From: Azolla caroliniana
Lineage: Eukaryota; Plantae; Polypodiophyta
Direction of reading: 5' to 3'
Assembly (NCBI GenBank): GCA_043228905.1
Contig: JBHGNT010000021.1
Location: 9,176,001-9,240,000, forward strand
DNA: 64,000 nucleotides
A program made the translations under genes and the position numbers. The notes under the pieces are model-generated. The model worked only from the letters and a program-made list of their open reading frames with translations, was not told the origin of the DNA and searched no databases. Below are positions 52,103-64,000 of this stretch, piece after piece (positions within the stretch are counted from its first letter, which is position 1; the number at the start of each line of letters is the position of its first letter).

Positions 52103-52830
52103 AGAAAAATGTCCCTTGGCGCAATCGGTGCATAGCGCGCGTGAACCGGCTCTTCACGTGTGCGCGCCCTTAATGTATATAATAGGGAATTAAGTACAAA
52201 GGCATATCCGGGTAGTTAGATTCGGTAGGTAGGAAGTAAATGAGGGAGACGGCTCCCTTCTTGAAGCTATAAAGGAGAGGGAGACGTAGGGAGAAAAGAG
52301 GAGCGGGCATTAGGGAGGACGAAGTGTTGTCGGACCGTAACCGAACGCTTCTCCTCAGATTCGTTTTCCATCACTCTTCTCTGCAGGTTTTTCGGGAGGC
52401 TCGCGCTGCTTCGAGGAACGCCTGTGTGCTTCCGGCAACACCTCCACCCTTTTTCCCTTTTCGTGCGCAGACGAACAGGCATCGGCATCTGTTCGCCGGC
52501 CTATTCGGTTGTAACCGCTCGCGTGCTCTGTTTTGTATTTGTTATTCGTTAATATACAAACACTTATGTCTCCCTGTCTCTATGTCCATTCGCGTCTTCT
52601 GTGTTGACGGGCCATGCCCCTGTGTTTCTTTGCTCATACATGACCAGGCCTCTCTCTCCTTCTCTTTCCCCTTCTATCACCTGCTCTTCGGTTCAAGACC
52701 TCGGTGGTCCCGCCTCGTTTCTCCACTCACGCGCGTAGTAACGCAACAACGTGAGCGCCGAAAAAGCTCAACAATATGAAGAGTTATCACAGCGGGTTCA
52801 CTTCTTCCTTCTCCTCTCCCCTCATAAGCT

Positions 52831-53955
52831 ATGGAGTCCGTGAGCAAACAAGAATACATGCGTGTTCTTTCTGAGCTCGACATGCTCACGAATAAATTTG
52901 TGGCATTAGAGCATGAGAATCAAAGGCTACTTGGAGATCTACAACACGTGAGCGTCGAAAAAGCTCAACAATATGAAGAGTTATCACAGCGGGTTCATCA
53001 ACTCGAGGCGACTATATCGTCATTACGAGAGCAAGCGTCGGGGGCTCAGAACTCCCCTAGAGAGCCAAAGATCAACCTCCCTGCCAAGTTTGATGGTACG
53101 AGGTCTTTATTTCAAGACTTTTTGAATCAAGTTCGTCTAGTTATTTAGCTACATCCCAATCGGTATCCAACTGATGCAGCTTGTGTGGGATTAGTGGGAA
53201 CTTTGCTATGTGGTACGGCGTTAGCATGGTTCGCACCACTTCTCGAGAAGAAATCACCATTGTTGGAGGATTTCGAGGCATTTGTTAAAGAGTTTCAAGC
53301 TAGTTTCGGAGACACCGACAGCACTAGGACAACGATAAACAAGATTCGAAGGCTCCGACAAGGAGATCGTCCCGCGTCGGCTTATGCAGCCAATTTCCGT
53401 CTCTTGGCATGCGATATCCCTTGGGATGAGGCGGCCTTAATGGATCATTTCCGTCAAGGTTTGAGAAATGATGTCAAAGATCTTCTTCTTACTTTCCCTA
53501 AAGATCCAAAGTCACTTAGAGAAGCCATTAGTCGAGTTGTGCGATGTGATAATCGCCTATTTGAGCGACATTCTGAGCGCCAACAAATGTTACGCCACCA
53601 ACCTGAGCAGACTTACGCTTCCGTAGTCGCAACGCCTCCACAAGTTTCTAGACCCATTGCAAGGGATGGCCCAACTCCGATGGAAATAGAGTCAACACAA
53701 CGTCGTGGGCCGTTATCAGATGCTGAGAAGCAACGACGTCGAGTGCATCGCCTCTGCCTGTATTGTGGCGGTCCAGGACATATAGCTGTAAATTGTCCAC
53801 ATAAACCTAGGCGTCAAGTATACCAAGTAAGTGCCCATGAAAACCCTACATTGAGTTCTATTGTTACTTCTAATAACATAAATAAGCCTCATAGTCCATG
53901 CCATGAGAATAGATTTGATGTCTTGAGTCAATTAGAGGATGTGTTAAACGAGTAA
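52831..53955 (+). pseudogene. Chromovirus gag
   Basis: Coiled-coil N-terminus, PAKFDG, LRQG, PTPMEI and CLYCGGPGHIAVNC; stop at 53146. Confidence 0.92.
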
Positions 53956-56946
53956 GTTCGGCCAAAATAGGAGCCATTTGGTTGGACCATCCTAGATATG
54001 TAGAGTTAGTTCCTAGTCGTGGTTCCATTTCATCAAATCAAGTGAGTCGAGTTTTTTCAGCACAAGTCGAGCTTACCACATCTACATGTCATCGAGTCCT
54101 AGCCTCTGCCCTTCTAGATTCTGGAGCCAACTCTTGTTTCATGGATCATCAATTTGCCTTGTCACAAAACATCCTCTTGAATAAGCTTCCCAGCCCAGTA
54201 GCCGTAGGAGTCATTGATGGACGTCCCATAGCATCAGGAGATATAGTCGAGGAGTCCGAGCCAATTAGGATAGTTCTTGGCAATTTGGCAAGCATAATCT
54301 CTTTCAACATTATTCGTAGTCCGAAACACCCAATAGTTCTAGGTCTCCCCTGGTTTGAACTCCATAACCGGAAGATTGATTGGATGAAAAGAACAATTGA
54401 GGAGACCCAGGGAGAAAGCACAAACCCCGCATCCCTCTCTCCTACATGTGATAATAGATCCCCGGAGTTATCGCCCATCTCTTTACGACAGTTGCGGGAG
54501 GAAGGGGGGAACGAGGCCATGTTCGTCTTCGCAATAATAGCAACTCCATCATCCACTTCACGTGAAGTGGATATTAAACTACCAGAGAAATACATTGCCG
54601 GAGTTTTCAGATGTCTTTGAAAAGGTGAAGGCCAATACATTGCCGGAGCATTGGCCATACGACTGCCCTATTGACTTACAACTAGGGAAAGAACCTCCAT
54701 GGGGCCCAATTTATAATATCTCCCCTGTAGAGCTAGAGACTTTACGGGAATATATTGATGAGAATCTAGCAAACGGATTCATTCAGCATTCTAGATCCCC
54801 TGCTGGTGCACCTATCTTCTTCGTTAAAAAGAAGAATGGGACTCTTTGGTTGGTCGTGGATTATCGAGGGCTAAACAAAGTGACTATTCGGAATAGATAT
54901 GCTCTACCATTAATCCCGAATCTTTTGGAACGTCTCAGTGGTGCAGAATATTTCACGAAGTTGGACCTTCGCGGAGCATATAATCTAGTTCGGATTCGCC
55001 CGGGGGATGAATGGAAGACAGCTTTCCGCACTCGCTATGGACATTTTGAGTATACAGTGATGTCATTCGGTCTCACGAATGCACTTGCTATTTTCCAACA
55101 TATGGCGAACGATATTTTTCGAGATTTTCTTGATATCTTCACTATAGTTTACCTAGATGATATTTTAATCTACTCAAAGACCCAAGAGGAGCATGACGAA
55201 CATGTTCGTCAGGTACTGCGTCGACTCCGAGAATATGGTCTCTATGCAAAATTAGAAAAGTGTAGTTTCGGCCAAAATCAAGTGGAATTGTTGGGGTATG
55301 TTGTATCGTCAAATGGTATTGCTATGGACCCCATGAAGGTACAAGGAATTTTAGAGTGGCAAACGCCCCTTTCAGTGCGTGATGTGCAATGTTTTCTCGG
55401 GTTTGCAAATTTTTATCGAAAATTTATTAAAGATTATTCCAAGGTTGTGCTTCCGCTTACTCAGCTCACACATAAAGATCAACCATTTATATGGAGTTCA
55501 GATGCAGCCGAGGCATTCGAAAGCTTAAAACAAGCATTTACAACGGCACCTATCTTAGCACATGTCGACCCAACAAAACGCTTCATCCTCGAAGCCGATG
55601 CATCCGATTTTTCACTAGGGAGTGTCCTCTCGCAGATTGGAGATGATGGACAGCTACACCCTGTCTCCTTTCATTCATGAAAGTTTGAAGCTGTAGAGAT
55701 CAACTACGAGATCCATGACAAAGAGCTTCTTGCAATCGTGGATTCGTTTCAACAATGGCGACATTTCCTAGAAGGTTCTTCTCAGCAGATCATTGTTTAC
55801 AATGATCATAAGAATCTGACTTATTTCCAAAATGCTCGAGTCTTGAGTCGGCGACAAGCCCGGTGGGTGCAATTTTTGACTCACTTTGACTTTATCATCA
55901 TATATCGCCCTGGGATGCAGCAAGGCAAAGCAGATGCTCTTTCTCGGCGCTCTTATATGGAACTTCGTCCAGGGGAACTTGCATTTGAGCATCAAAAACA
56001 AATCCTTTTGGGTCCTAATTGATTACGATTAATGGTAGTTAACGCCATAACAACTCTTGAAAATTCCACTCTTCTCGATTCTATTCGAGATCATATGGCC
56101 ACTGATGATTTCGCCAAGGATGTTTTGGATCATATTGTCCTGAATCGTGCTTCTTGCTCACGGTCGAAAAATCCTCCTAATGACTATTGTCAGTTCTATT
56201 GGCATGGTGGTTTTCTATTTCGACAAAATTTATTGTATGTTCTTGATGGTCCCCCACGGCTACAAGTTTTGCAACATTGCCATCACTCACCAATGGCTGG
56301 TCATTTTGGAGTTCACAAGCCTCTAGAATTAATTTCTCGACGCTATTGGTGGCCTCGCCTTCGTCATTTTGTTGAGGAGTATGTTCGGAGCTGTGATATA
56401 TGATATACACACAAGAGGCTTGCCGATCGTCATCGTCTAGACTCCTCAAAAAAGTTCCACATTGGGGATCATGTATGGCTTCTCCAACACAACATCAAGA
56501 CCACTCGACCTTGCAGTAAATTGGATTACCAACGTTTTGGCCCTTACATGATCACTGGTAAGATAAGTGATGTTGCATTTCGTCTGGACCTCCCTCCGCA
56601 CATGCATCTTCATCTGGTGTTTCATGTATCCCTTTTGGAACCTTATACTACAAGTTCAATTCCGGGCCGTCTTACGACACCCCCACCACCTGTTGAGTTC
56701 TTGGACGGGCCTGAATTTGAAGTTGTTGTCGTTCTTGATTCCAAAATCGTGTGCAACAAGCTATATTACTTAGTCGATTGGCTAGGCTATACCCCCAATG
56801 ATCGAACTTGGGAACCTGCCGCAAATCTTTCCAATGCTGCAGAACTCGTCAATGCATTTCATCGCCAATATCCTTGTAAACCTGGTCCTAATACAAACCC
56901 TACGACCCGTGAGACGTGTCGTCGAAGAAGGGGGATAGTGTCATGA
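53943..56946 (+). pseudogene. Chromovirus pol (PR-RT-RNase H-partial INT-chromodomain); integrase core deleted near 56405
   Basis: [33 protein letters not shown]; zinc finger joins directly to the GPY region; YLVDWLGY...TWEP chromodomain. Confidence 0.92.
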
Positions 56947-57399
56947 AAACACTCACATCATGCATCGAAAGGATCATGACACTCACGTTATGACTCAAAA
57001 GGATTTGAACCCACGACCTTGTTGTACACATGTCAAATCCGTAACCATTGTATTAATATTCTTATATGTATAATCTCTAGAATATGAAATCTAATATCAT
57101 AGGAATATTCTATATTACTCTACATTCTAGAATGACCTAGAATATTCGAGAGTGTTCTATACCACTAGAATACTCTAGAGATCTTCTAGATTACTCTACA
57201 TTCTAGGATAACCTAGAATATTCTAGAGTGTTCTCTATTACTTATAAATAGGGATCTATCACCCATCCCAAACCTAAATTGGTTCAACGGCATTTTGTAG
57301 CCTACTCTTTGTAATCCATTTCACGCTTCAATATAATAATTCTCTTTCAATTATCTCTCTATCTCTTTTTCTCTCTCTTTTTCTCTCTCAGTCTTGACA
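56939..57399 (+). repeat. 3' LTR of the chromovirus
   Basis: Follows the PPT; pairs with 38200-38660. Confidence 0.95.
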
Positions 57400-59884
57400 T
57401 CTCCTGGTTGGACAACTCCAACTCATATTCATCAATTGAGCATTGTAGCTCTGCCGACTCTTACTCGTAGTCAGTCGGTCTCTCCGAGTCGATCGACTCA
57501 AATTCGGCTCTATCGGCCCGCTGTCTCCTTACAGCTGTCGGTGACGACTCACTTGGCCTTAAGTGGATGGTAGTCGAGGTTGACTGGGGAGTCGATTCTG
57601 ACTTCTGTTGCTTCCAGTCTTCAATTGTCTTATCTTCTAGAAATACTACATCCCGACTTCCCACTACCTTCTTGTCAACTAGGTCCCATAGCCTATAGCC
57701 GAACTCATCTTTCAAGTATCCCATGATTATGCATGCCTTCGACTTACTGTCAAGCTTTGACCTTTGATCCTTCGGTACATGCAAATACCCCAAACATCTG
57801 AACACCCTCAGGTGTTGGTAGGAGACATTCTTCCCTGTCCACACTCTCTGTGGGACATCACCCTTTAATGGTAATGAGGGAAACCTGTTGATCAGATAAA
57901 TAGTTGTGTACATCACCTTAGCCCAATAGGATTTCGGTAGTTTCGCATGAGAGAGCATGCTCCTTTCCCTCTCTACAAGCCCGTTCAACTCTGGGGTCTT
58001 TCGCATTGTGTATTTGATCCGAATACCTTGGCACTTGCAGTATTCCTCAACTACCCTCTGTACTCGCCACCGTTGTTGGTTCGAACAACCTTCAACTTCT
58101 GACCCAACTTTCGTTCAGATCTAGCATGGAACTCCTTGAAAACGGACAGTACTTGATACTTCGACTTCAGTACGAAGGCCCATGTCTTCCGACTATAGTC
58201 GTCAATGAACGTCACAAAGTATTGTCCACCTCGATAAGATGGAGCATCCACATAGCACACATTCGTGTGTACCAGTTCCAGTGGCACTTCTCTTCTCCTC
58301 GGTGGTCTTTTGTGGAATGCTGCTCTATTCTGCTTTCCGACTAAGCAGTCGACGCACTTCTCCAGGTGCACTCCCTTGACTTCTGGTAGAAGTTTCTTGT
58401 CTGCTAGCAGGTGCATTCCCTTCTCACTCATGTGGCCCAGACTCTTATGCCATATTTCTCCTACCCAGTCGGCTGCCACATTTACTTCCGATTTGCACAG
58501 TCGGGCCACTATAAGATTTCCTCGGTAGAACTTCCACTTGCCATTCCAAAAGCTACCACTATACCCTTCGTCATCTAACCTTCCAGTCGATATCAGATTC
58601 AATCTGATATCGGTGATGTGTTGAACATCCTTCAGAGTCAGTCGACACCCTGTCGACATCGTCAAGTGGACACTTCCGACTCCGGCTATCTTGCACTCTC
58701 CACTATCACCCATTTTCACATAACTGTGATCTCCGGCTATGTAAGTTGAGAAATACTCTCTCGACGGAGTTATGTGGAACGATGCCCCAGAATCGATCAC
58801 CCAAGTGATTCTTCACAGATGAACAATAGTTCTTCATTGCTCGTAGCAATGGCAGAAGTGTTCTTCTCATCAGGATTCTTCCTGGGTTCGACATTGTTTC
58901 CGGCACCCTTGTCTTTTCTCATGTGTTGGCAGTCCTTCTGGAAGTGTCTAGGTTTACCATAGTAAAAGCACACTAGCTTACCTCTGGACTTCAATCTGGC
59001 TTGGGACTTTCCTCTCCTTGGTGGACTTCTTTGTCAGTTCCTTCCTCTGTCTGAATGTTGTGTTACATTCGACTCTGACTGGGACATTACTCCCTTGTCC
59101 TTCCTGCTTGCCTCCTGATTTAGGATGCTTGTCTTCACTGTCTGTAAAGACAAGTTCTCTTCTTGACAGGAGGTGCTGAGAGTAACCACCAGGTTCTCCT
59201 AGCTGTCTGGCAATGTGCACATTAGCAATATGGCTTGCATTGTATCATCCAAGGGAAACTTGGTCGTAGCAAGTTGATTTACATACCCCATGAATGTGTT
59301 GATGTGTTCGACGATGCTCTCACCGTCTCTGTATTTCAGCCTTACGATTTTTCTCATCAGCGAGGTTTTATTGACCGCGTTCTTCCTCTCATATAGACCC
59401 GATAGCTTCTGCCACATCTCATGGGCATTTGTGTCATTCGCCACATGCTTAAGGACACTTACATCGACGCACTGTCAGATGGTGGCCATTGCCTTTTTGT
59501 TTAGAAGTTTCCAATCCGACTCCAATACCCCCCTGGGTATGTCTGCTCTGTCAATTGGCTTGTACAAGTCTTTCACAATGAAGAGGTATTCCATGTTTAT
59601 CTTCCAAACTGCATAGTTCTATGACTTTAGAACTATCATACCTGGGAAATCGCTCACACCTCCTTCCATGCTTGCACCTCAAGCTCTGATACCAGTTTGT
59701 TGAGAAAGCGTTCGGTCAAATCACAATAAACGACCTGTGCTAAAATACGAATCACAGATATGCCAGAAAAATAGGACAACAATGGTGCATAGAGATTTAA
59801 TGTAGAAACCCTAAAACGGGAGAAAACCACAGGAACAGAGCTTCACTATGTATAGTGGATATACAACACAAAATGTTACAACAC

Positions 59885-60456
59885 TCCTTCGAGTGTATCA
59901 GCCACGCAAAGCTCTTGGCGTCTGCTGTTATGCACACAACTATGGTGCTGCTCTCACTCACTCTTTTTCTCACACACTCTCATGCTACTTCTGTTCTACA
60001 CACACTCTCATGTCTGTTTGCCCTAGATGTATATGTTCTGATACATCGTATGAATTATTTGCAATTGTAGCCATTGCTACATATCATTACTATTATTATT
60101 ACTATAACAATAATAATAATCTGTTTAAACAATCGACTCTCTTACTATCGACTATTTCCGAACAGTCGGTTCCTTCGAGTGTATCAGCCACGCAGAGCTC
60201 TTGGCGTCTATTGTTATGCACACAACTATGGTGCCGCTCTCACTCACTCTTTTTCTCACACGCTCTCACGCTACTTCTGTTCTACACGCACTCTCATGTC
60301 TGTTTGCCCTAGATGTATATGTGCCGATACATCGTATGAACTATTTACAATTGTAGCCACTACTACATATCATTACTATTATTATTACTATAACAATAAT
60401 AATAATCTATTTAAACAATCAACTCTCTTACTGTCAACTATTTCCGAACAATCGGT
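59885..60456. repeat. 286-bp tandem duplication within the copia D 5' LTR
   Basis: Units 59885-60170 and 60171-60456, both starting TCCTTCGAGTGTATCAGCC. Confidence 0.9.
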
Positions 60457-60528
60457 TCCTTCGGCTCTTCGACTGTTAGCTAGTTTCGAACTGTCGGTTC
60501 CTCCCACTGGAGGGATATATTCCCAACA

Positions 60529-60801
60529 AAGCGGAGGGTTGTCATTTTCACCACTGGTGAAAAGATTTCGTTGAAATTGATGGCATATTCTTGTTGACTT
60601 TCTCAACTAATTTGGCCTTGCACGGAAGAGCACGTCGATTCTTCGGTAATTTGACCAAGTCCAAAGTCTTGTTTTGCCGAATGGAGTTCATTTCCGAGTC
60701 ATCGCCAGATGCCATGTGGCCAAGTCAGCTAATGTCGATGTGTCTTCATATGACGTTGGTTTGTCGGCATCCATGAAGAAGATTCTAGGAGAATACCTCT
60801 C
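60529..60801 (-). pseudogene. Old copia RT fragment between two insertions
   Basis: Minus strand reads ...AINFNEIFSPVVKMTTLR. Confidence 0.7.
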
Positions 60802-63800
60802 TGTTGGGATTTCAATCCCTCCGGATGGGATCTTGAGAACCGGATGTAGAAGACCCGGTGAGAACCGGATGTAGAAGACATATTTGTAAATATGTTTTTT
60901 AGTAAACCCATGGAGGCTATATTTGTAAATAGTCCTAAAGGCATATTAGTATAAATATGACCTAGGGCAAACACTTATTTGTGATGTTGTTGATATTGTT
61001 GTAGGTGCATGACTACTATACAGAGAGCGAGAGAGAGAGAGAGAGAGAGTGAGAGAGTGAGAGAGTGAGAAATACTCTGTTGTAACCGCCGGTTGGCGAA
61101 GAAACAGAGCTCGAGGTTGTTACATCGAGTCTTTGATTGTACCCTCTTTTCTTCATAGTGATAGTTGGAGTCCGTGGGCTCCCGTGGTTTTTTCCATTCA
61201 TGGTTTTCTACATAAACATCCTGTGTACTCTCCACTTCCCATTTCTGTGTATGATTCTCATAGAAGTGATTCACTACTCGATTGTGGCCGAGTTATCTTC
61301 CGTGCTCTTCTCTACAAACCGGTATTAGAGCGAACAACACAAGAAATGGAAAAATCGTTCACCGGCATGTTCAAGCTCACCGGCTCCAACTACTCAGTGT
61401 GGAAGTCGAAGATAAGGGACATGTTGGTGGTTAAAGATCTTTGGTTTCCGGTTCAGTTCGGGGAGAAGAGACCGCATAAGATCGACAATGTGGGAGGTGA
61501 TGCACATGAAGAAGACGGCATACATTTGGTGCTTCATTGACATGAGCCTATACAACAACTTCAATGAAGAAAGTAAGGCTCATGAACTCTAGGAGAAGAT
61601 TGGTATCATGTTCCAGAACAAGAATGTTGTTAACCAGGTTTCAGTATTTCGGAAGCTAGTGAGGCACTGGTACCAAGACGGCTCCAGTATGGCAGAGCAC
61701 ATGAATGACTTCCAAGAACTAATACATCAGGAAACCTCGTTGGAAGTACCTCTCGCTGATGAGGTACTTGCTCTACTCCTGCTCGGTTCCCTCCTGGATA
61801 GCTGGGAGACGTTAGTTGTCACGTTGGGCAACGCTGGGCTGGAAGGAAAACAACTATCCCTAGCAAGAGTCAAGTCGAGCTTCCTAGATGAGGAGGTGTG
61901 TCGGAAAGACAAGGAGGTTATCTTTGACACCAAAGCCCTCCTTACCGAATCAGAACGCGGAAGACAAAGGAATTGGAGTCCCCAGAACCGGGAAAAGTCG
62001 GGGACACGGACAGTCAAGGGGGAGGCCCACTTGCTTCTATTGCGGCAAGCCGGGGCACTTCAGAAAGAACTGTTGTCATTTCCAGAAAGACAAGGGAACC
62101 GACAGTACCGATTCGAAGAGGTCACCGGACCGAAACGGTTCGGATCGGCGAGGCCCAGACCAGAAGGGAACGACGGCGATTGCGGCAAGTGAAGAGGAAC
62201 TAATGCTCATCACCAAGGAGAGTGAATTGAACCTTGCTGGCGACGAGACAATGTGCGTTGTCCATTCCGGAGTGTCGTTCCACCTTACCTCGGACTGGAA
62301 ATGCTTCTCATCCTACAAAGTCGGTGAGCACGGTTGTGTCCGGATGGGGAATGAAGGTACATGCCGAATTTTCGGCATAGGAGACGTGTGGTTAACAACA
62401 CCAACCGGATGCAAGTTCCTGTTGAAGGATGTCTGACACGTTCTGGAGGTTCAGCTGAACCTAATATCAGTCGGTTGGGTAGATGATGAAGGTTACATGG
62501 GTAGCATACGGAATGGAGTCATGAAGTTTAGCAAGGGGAGCCTAATAATGGCTCGGGCCCGGAAAGTCAACACATTGTACCTGATGAACGCCCGGTTATG
62601 CCGGGAAGAAGAAGTGAACATTGCTTCTGACACTACCGGTGAGTTGTGGCACAAAAGACTGTATCACATGAGTGAGAAGGGGATGAAGAGGCTTGCCGAA
62701 GACAACCTCATTCTGGTGAAGGACGTGCAACTTGAGAAGTGCACCGATTTCTTGGCCGGCAAGCAAAACCGAACCTCCTTCCGGTCAAGACCACTGATGA
62801 GAAGGAATGCATCACTAGATCTGGTGCATACCGATGTGTGTCAAGTGGACACGAAGTCACATGCCGGATCACAGTACTTCGTGACGTTCATAGACGACCA
62901 CAGCCGGAAGTTGTGGGTGTCACCATTGAAGACAACGGATCAGGTGCTATCTGTCTTCAAGGAGCTCCACGCGAGAGTGGAAAGAGAAACCGGCCGGAAG
63001 TTGAAGGCGGTCGAGCAGATAATGGAAGAGAATATCGGGGGCAGTGCGAGGAGTACTGCCAGTCGAAGGGGATCCAACTCGAATTTACCATGCCGAAGAC
63101 ACTGAAAACGGGCAGGCCAAAAGGATGAAGCGAACCATAATGGAGAGAGTCCGGAGCATGCTCACACATACCAAGTTACCCAAGATGTTTGTGGCTGAGG
63201 CGCTAACGACGGCGACCTATGTGATAAACAGATCACCCTCAGTACCCTTGGGAGGAGACTCACCTCAGAAAGTATGGACTGTTAAAGATGTGTCTTACCA
63301 GCATCTGAAGGTATTCGGGTGTCTCGCATACGTGCATGTGGCGAAGGACAAGAGAGCAAAGTTAGATCCGAAATCCAGGCCATGCATATTCCTTCGATAC
63401 GGCGATGATGAGTTCAGTTATTGGGTGTGGGATCTAGTCGACAAGAAGGTGTTCCAGAGTCGGGACATAGTCTTCATGGAAAACAGGGCCATTGCCGACT
63501 GGGAGTCGGAGAAGAAGATGATCAACTCCGGATCATCAAATGAAAACCGGTTTGAGGACACAAGGACCTACCCGGTTGAAAAACCGGATGTTGGCTGGTA
63601 GCCGGATGACACTCGACGAACCGGCCAGATACGGACAGGAAACCGAACCGACCAAAGAAGAAGAAGAAGAAGAAGAAGACACCGAAAACGGACAAGATCC
63701 CGAATCAAATTCAGATGAGGAACAAACGGAGGAACCGGTAGTCAGAAGCCAAGGATGGAGATATCCTCTCCAAGAGAAAAGAGCCCCCGGAAGATTTCCG

Positions 63801-64000
63801 GATGCAAAGCATGTGTTGTTAACTGAAGAGGGGGAGCCGGAAAGCTTCAAAGAAGCAAAGAGAGACACCCACAGCCGCAAGTGGTTGAGTGCCATGCAGG
63901 ATGAGATGGATTCCCTACATCAGAACCACACATATGAACTGTCGGCGTTGCCGAAAGGGAAAACAACATTCCGAAACAAGTGGGTGTACAAGCTGAAACC
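60802..64000 (+). mobile_element. Copia G: Tork-like element running off the window end, decayed
   Basis: 5' LTR 60802-61316; degenerate PBS CGGTATTAGAGC 61320-61331; gag ATG 61346; CCHC knuckle, INT and RT start. 62374-64000 is collinear with 1-2070. Confidence 0.93.

Larger units (their letters stand above)
38807..52748 (+). mobile_element. Phygy-like gypsy G1 (outer), full length, with premature stops
   Basis: LTRs 38807-39462 and 52095-52748; TSD ATGT/ACGT; PBS TGGTGAACCCAATGTGA 39467-39483; PPT 52078-52094. Gag-PR 39480-41633; pol 41624-42252 plus 49140-52102 (MPFLDD). Confidence 0.95.
38200..57399 (+). mobile_element. Tcn1-like chromoviral Ty3/gypsy with both LTRs; hosts two Phygy-like elements
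   Basis: 461-bp LTRs 38200-38660 and 56939-57399; TSD TCTCC (38195-38199, 57400-57404); PPT GAAGAAGGGGGATAG; gag with CCHC, PR (LLDSGA), RT (YLDD), RNase H and chromodomain. Confidence 0.95.
36634..60528 (-). mobile_element. Copia D: decayed Tork-like element, 3' end missing, split by the chromovirus nest
   Basis: 5' LTR 59698-60528; PBS TGGTATCAGAGC 59694-59683; gag ATG 59669 (MEGGVSDFPGM); gag-PR-INT to ~57400; RT-RNase H 38199-36634. Closely related to copia E. Confidence 0.92.

Overview
Eukaryotic, gene-free heterochromatin-type window made almost entirely of nested, mostly decayed transposable elements; no host gene is recognisable. It contains at least eight Ty1/copia copies or fragments: five Tnt1/Tork-like copies (Met-tRNA PBS visible in three), one AT-rich lineage, one possibly Bryco-like, and one short RT relic. 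It also has three non-chromovirus Ty3/gypsy copies with an FLDD RT (Phygy-like; a Trp-tRNA PBS is visible in the two full-length copies), a related solo LTR, one Tcn1-like chromovirus, and a probable Sola2-like DNA transposon remnant carrying a decayed accessory gene. This mix suggests a moss or other non-seed land plant (inference). Most notable: (1) the chromovirus LTR combines Tf1-type self-priming complementarity, a heat-shock-element array and an antisense tRNA-like A/B-box module; (2) a candidate antisense gene with its own TATA box lies inside a copia pol INT-RT linker; (3) the Phygy-like elements make CpG-centred 4-bp TSDs and appear to use a -1 frameshift after protease; (4) the DNA transposon has a convergent accessory gene and clustered AGTACT motifs. 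All boundaries, TSDs and difference counts were read by eye, and lineage names were not confirmed by database search.
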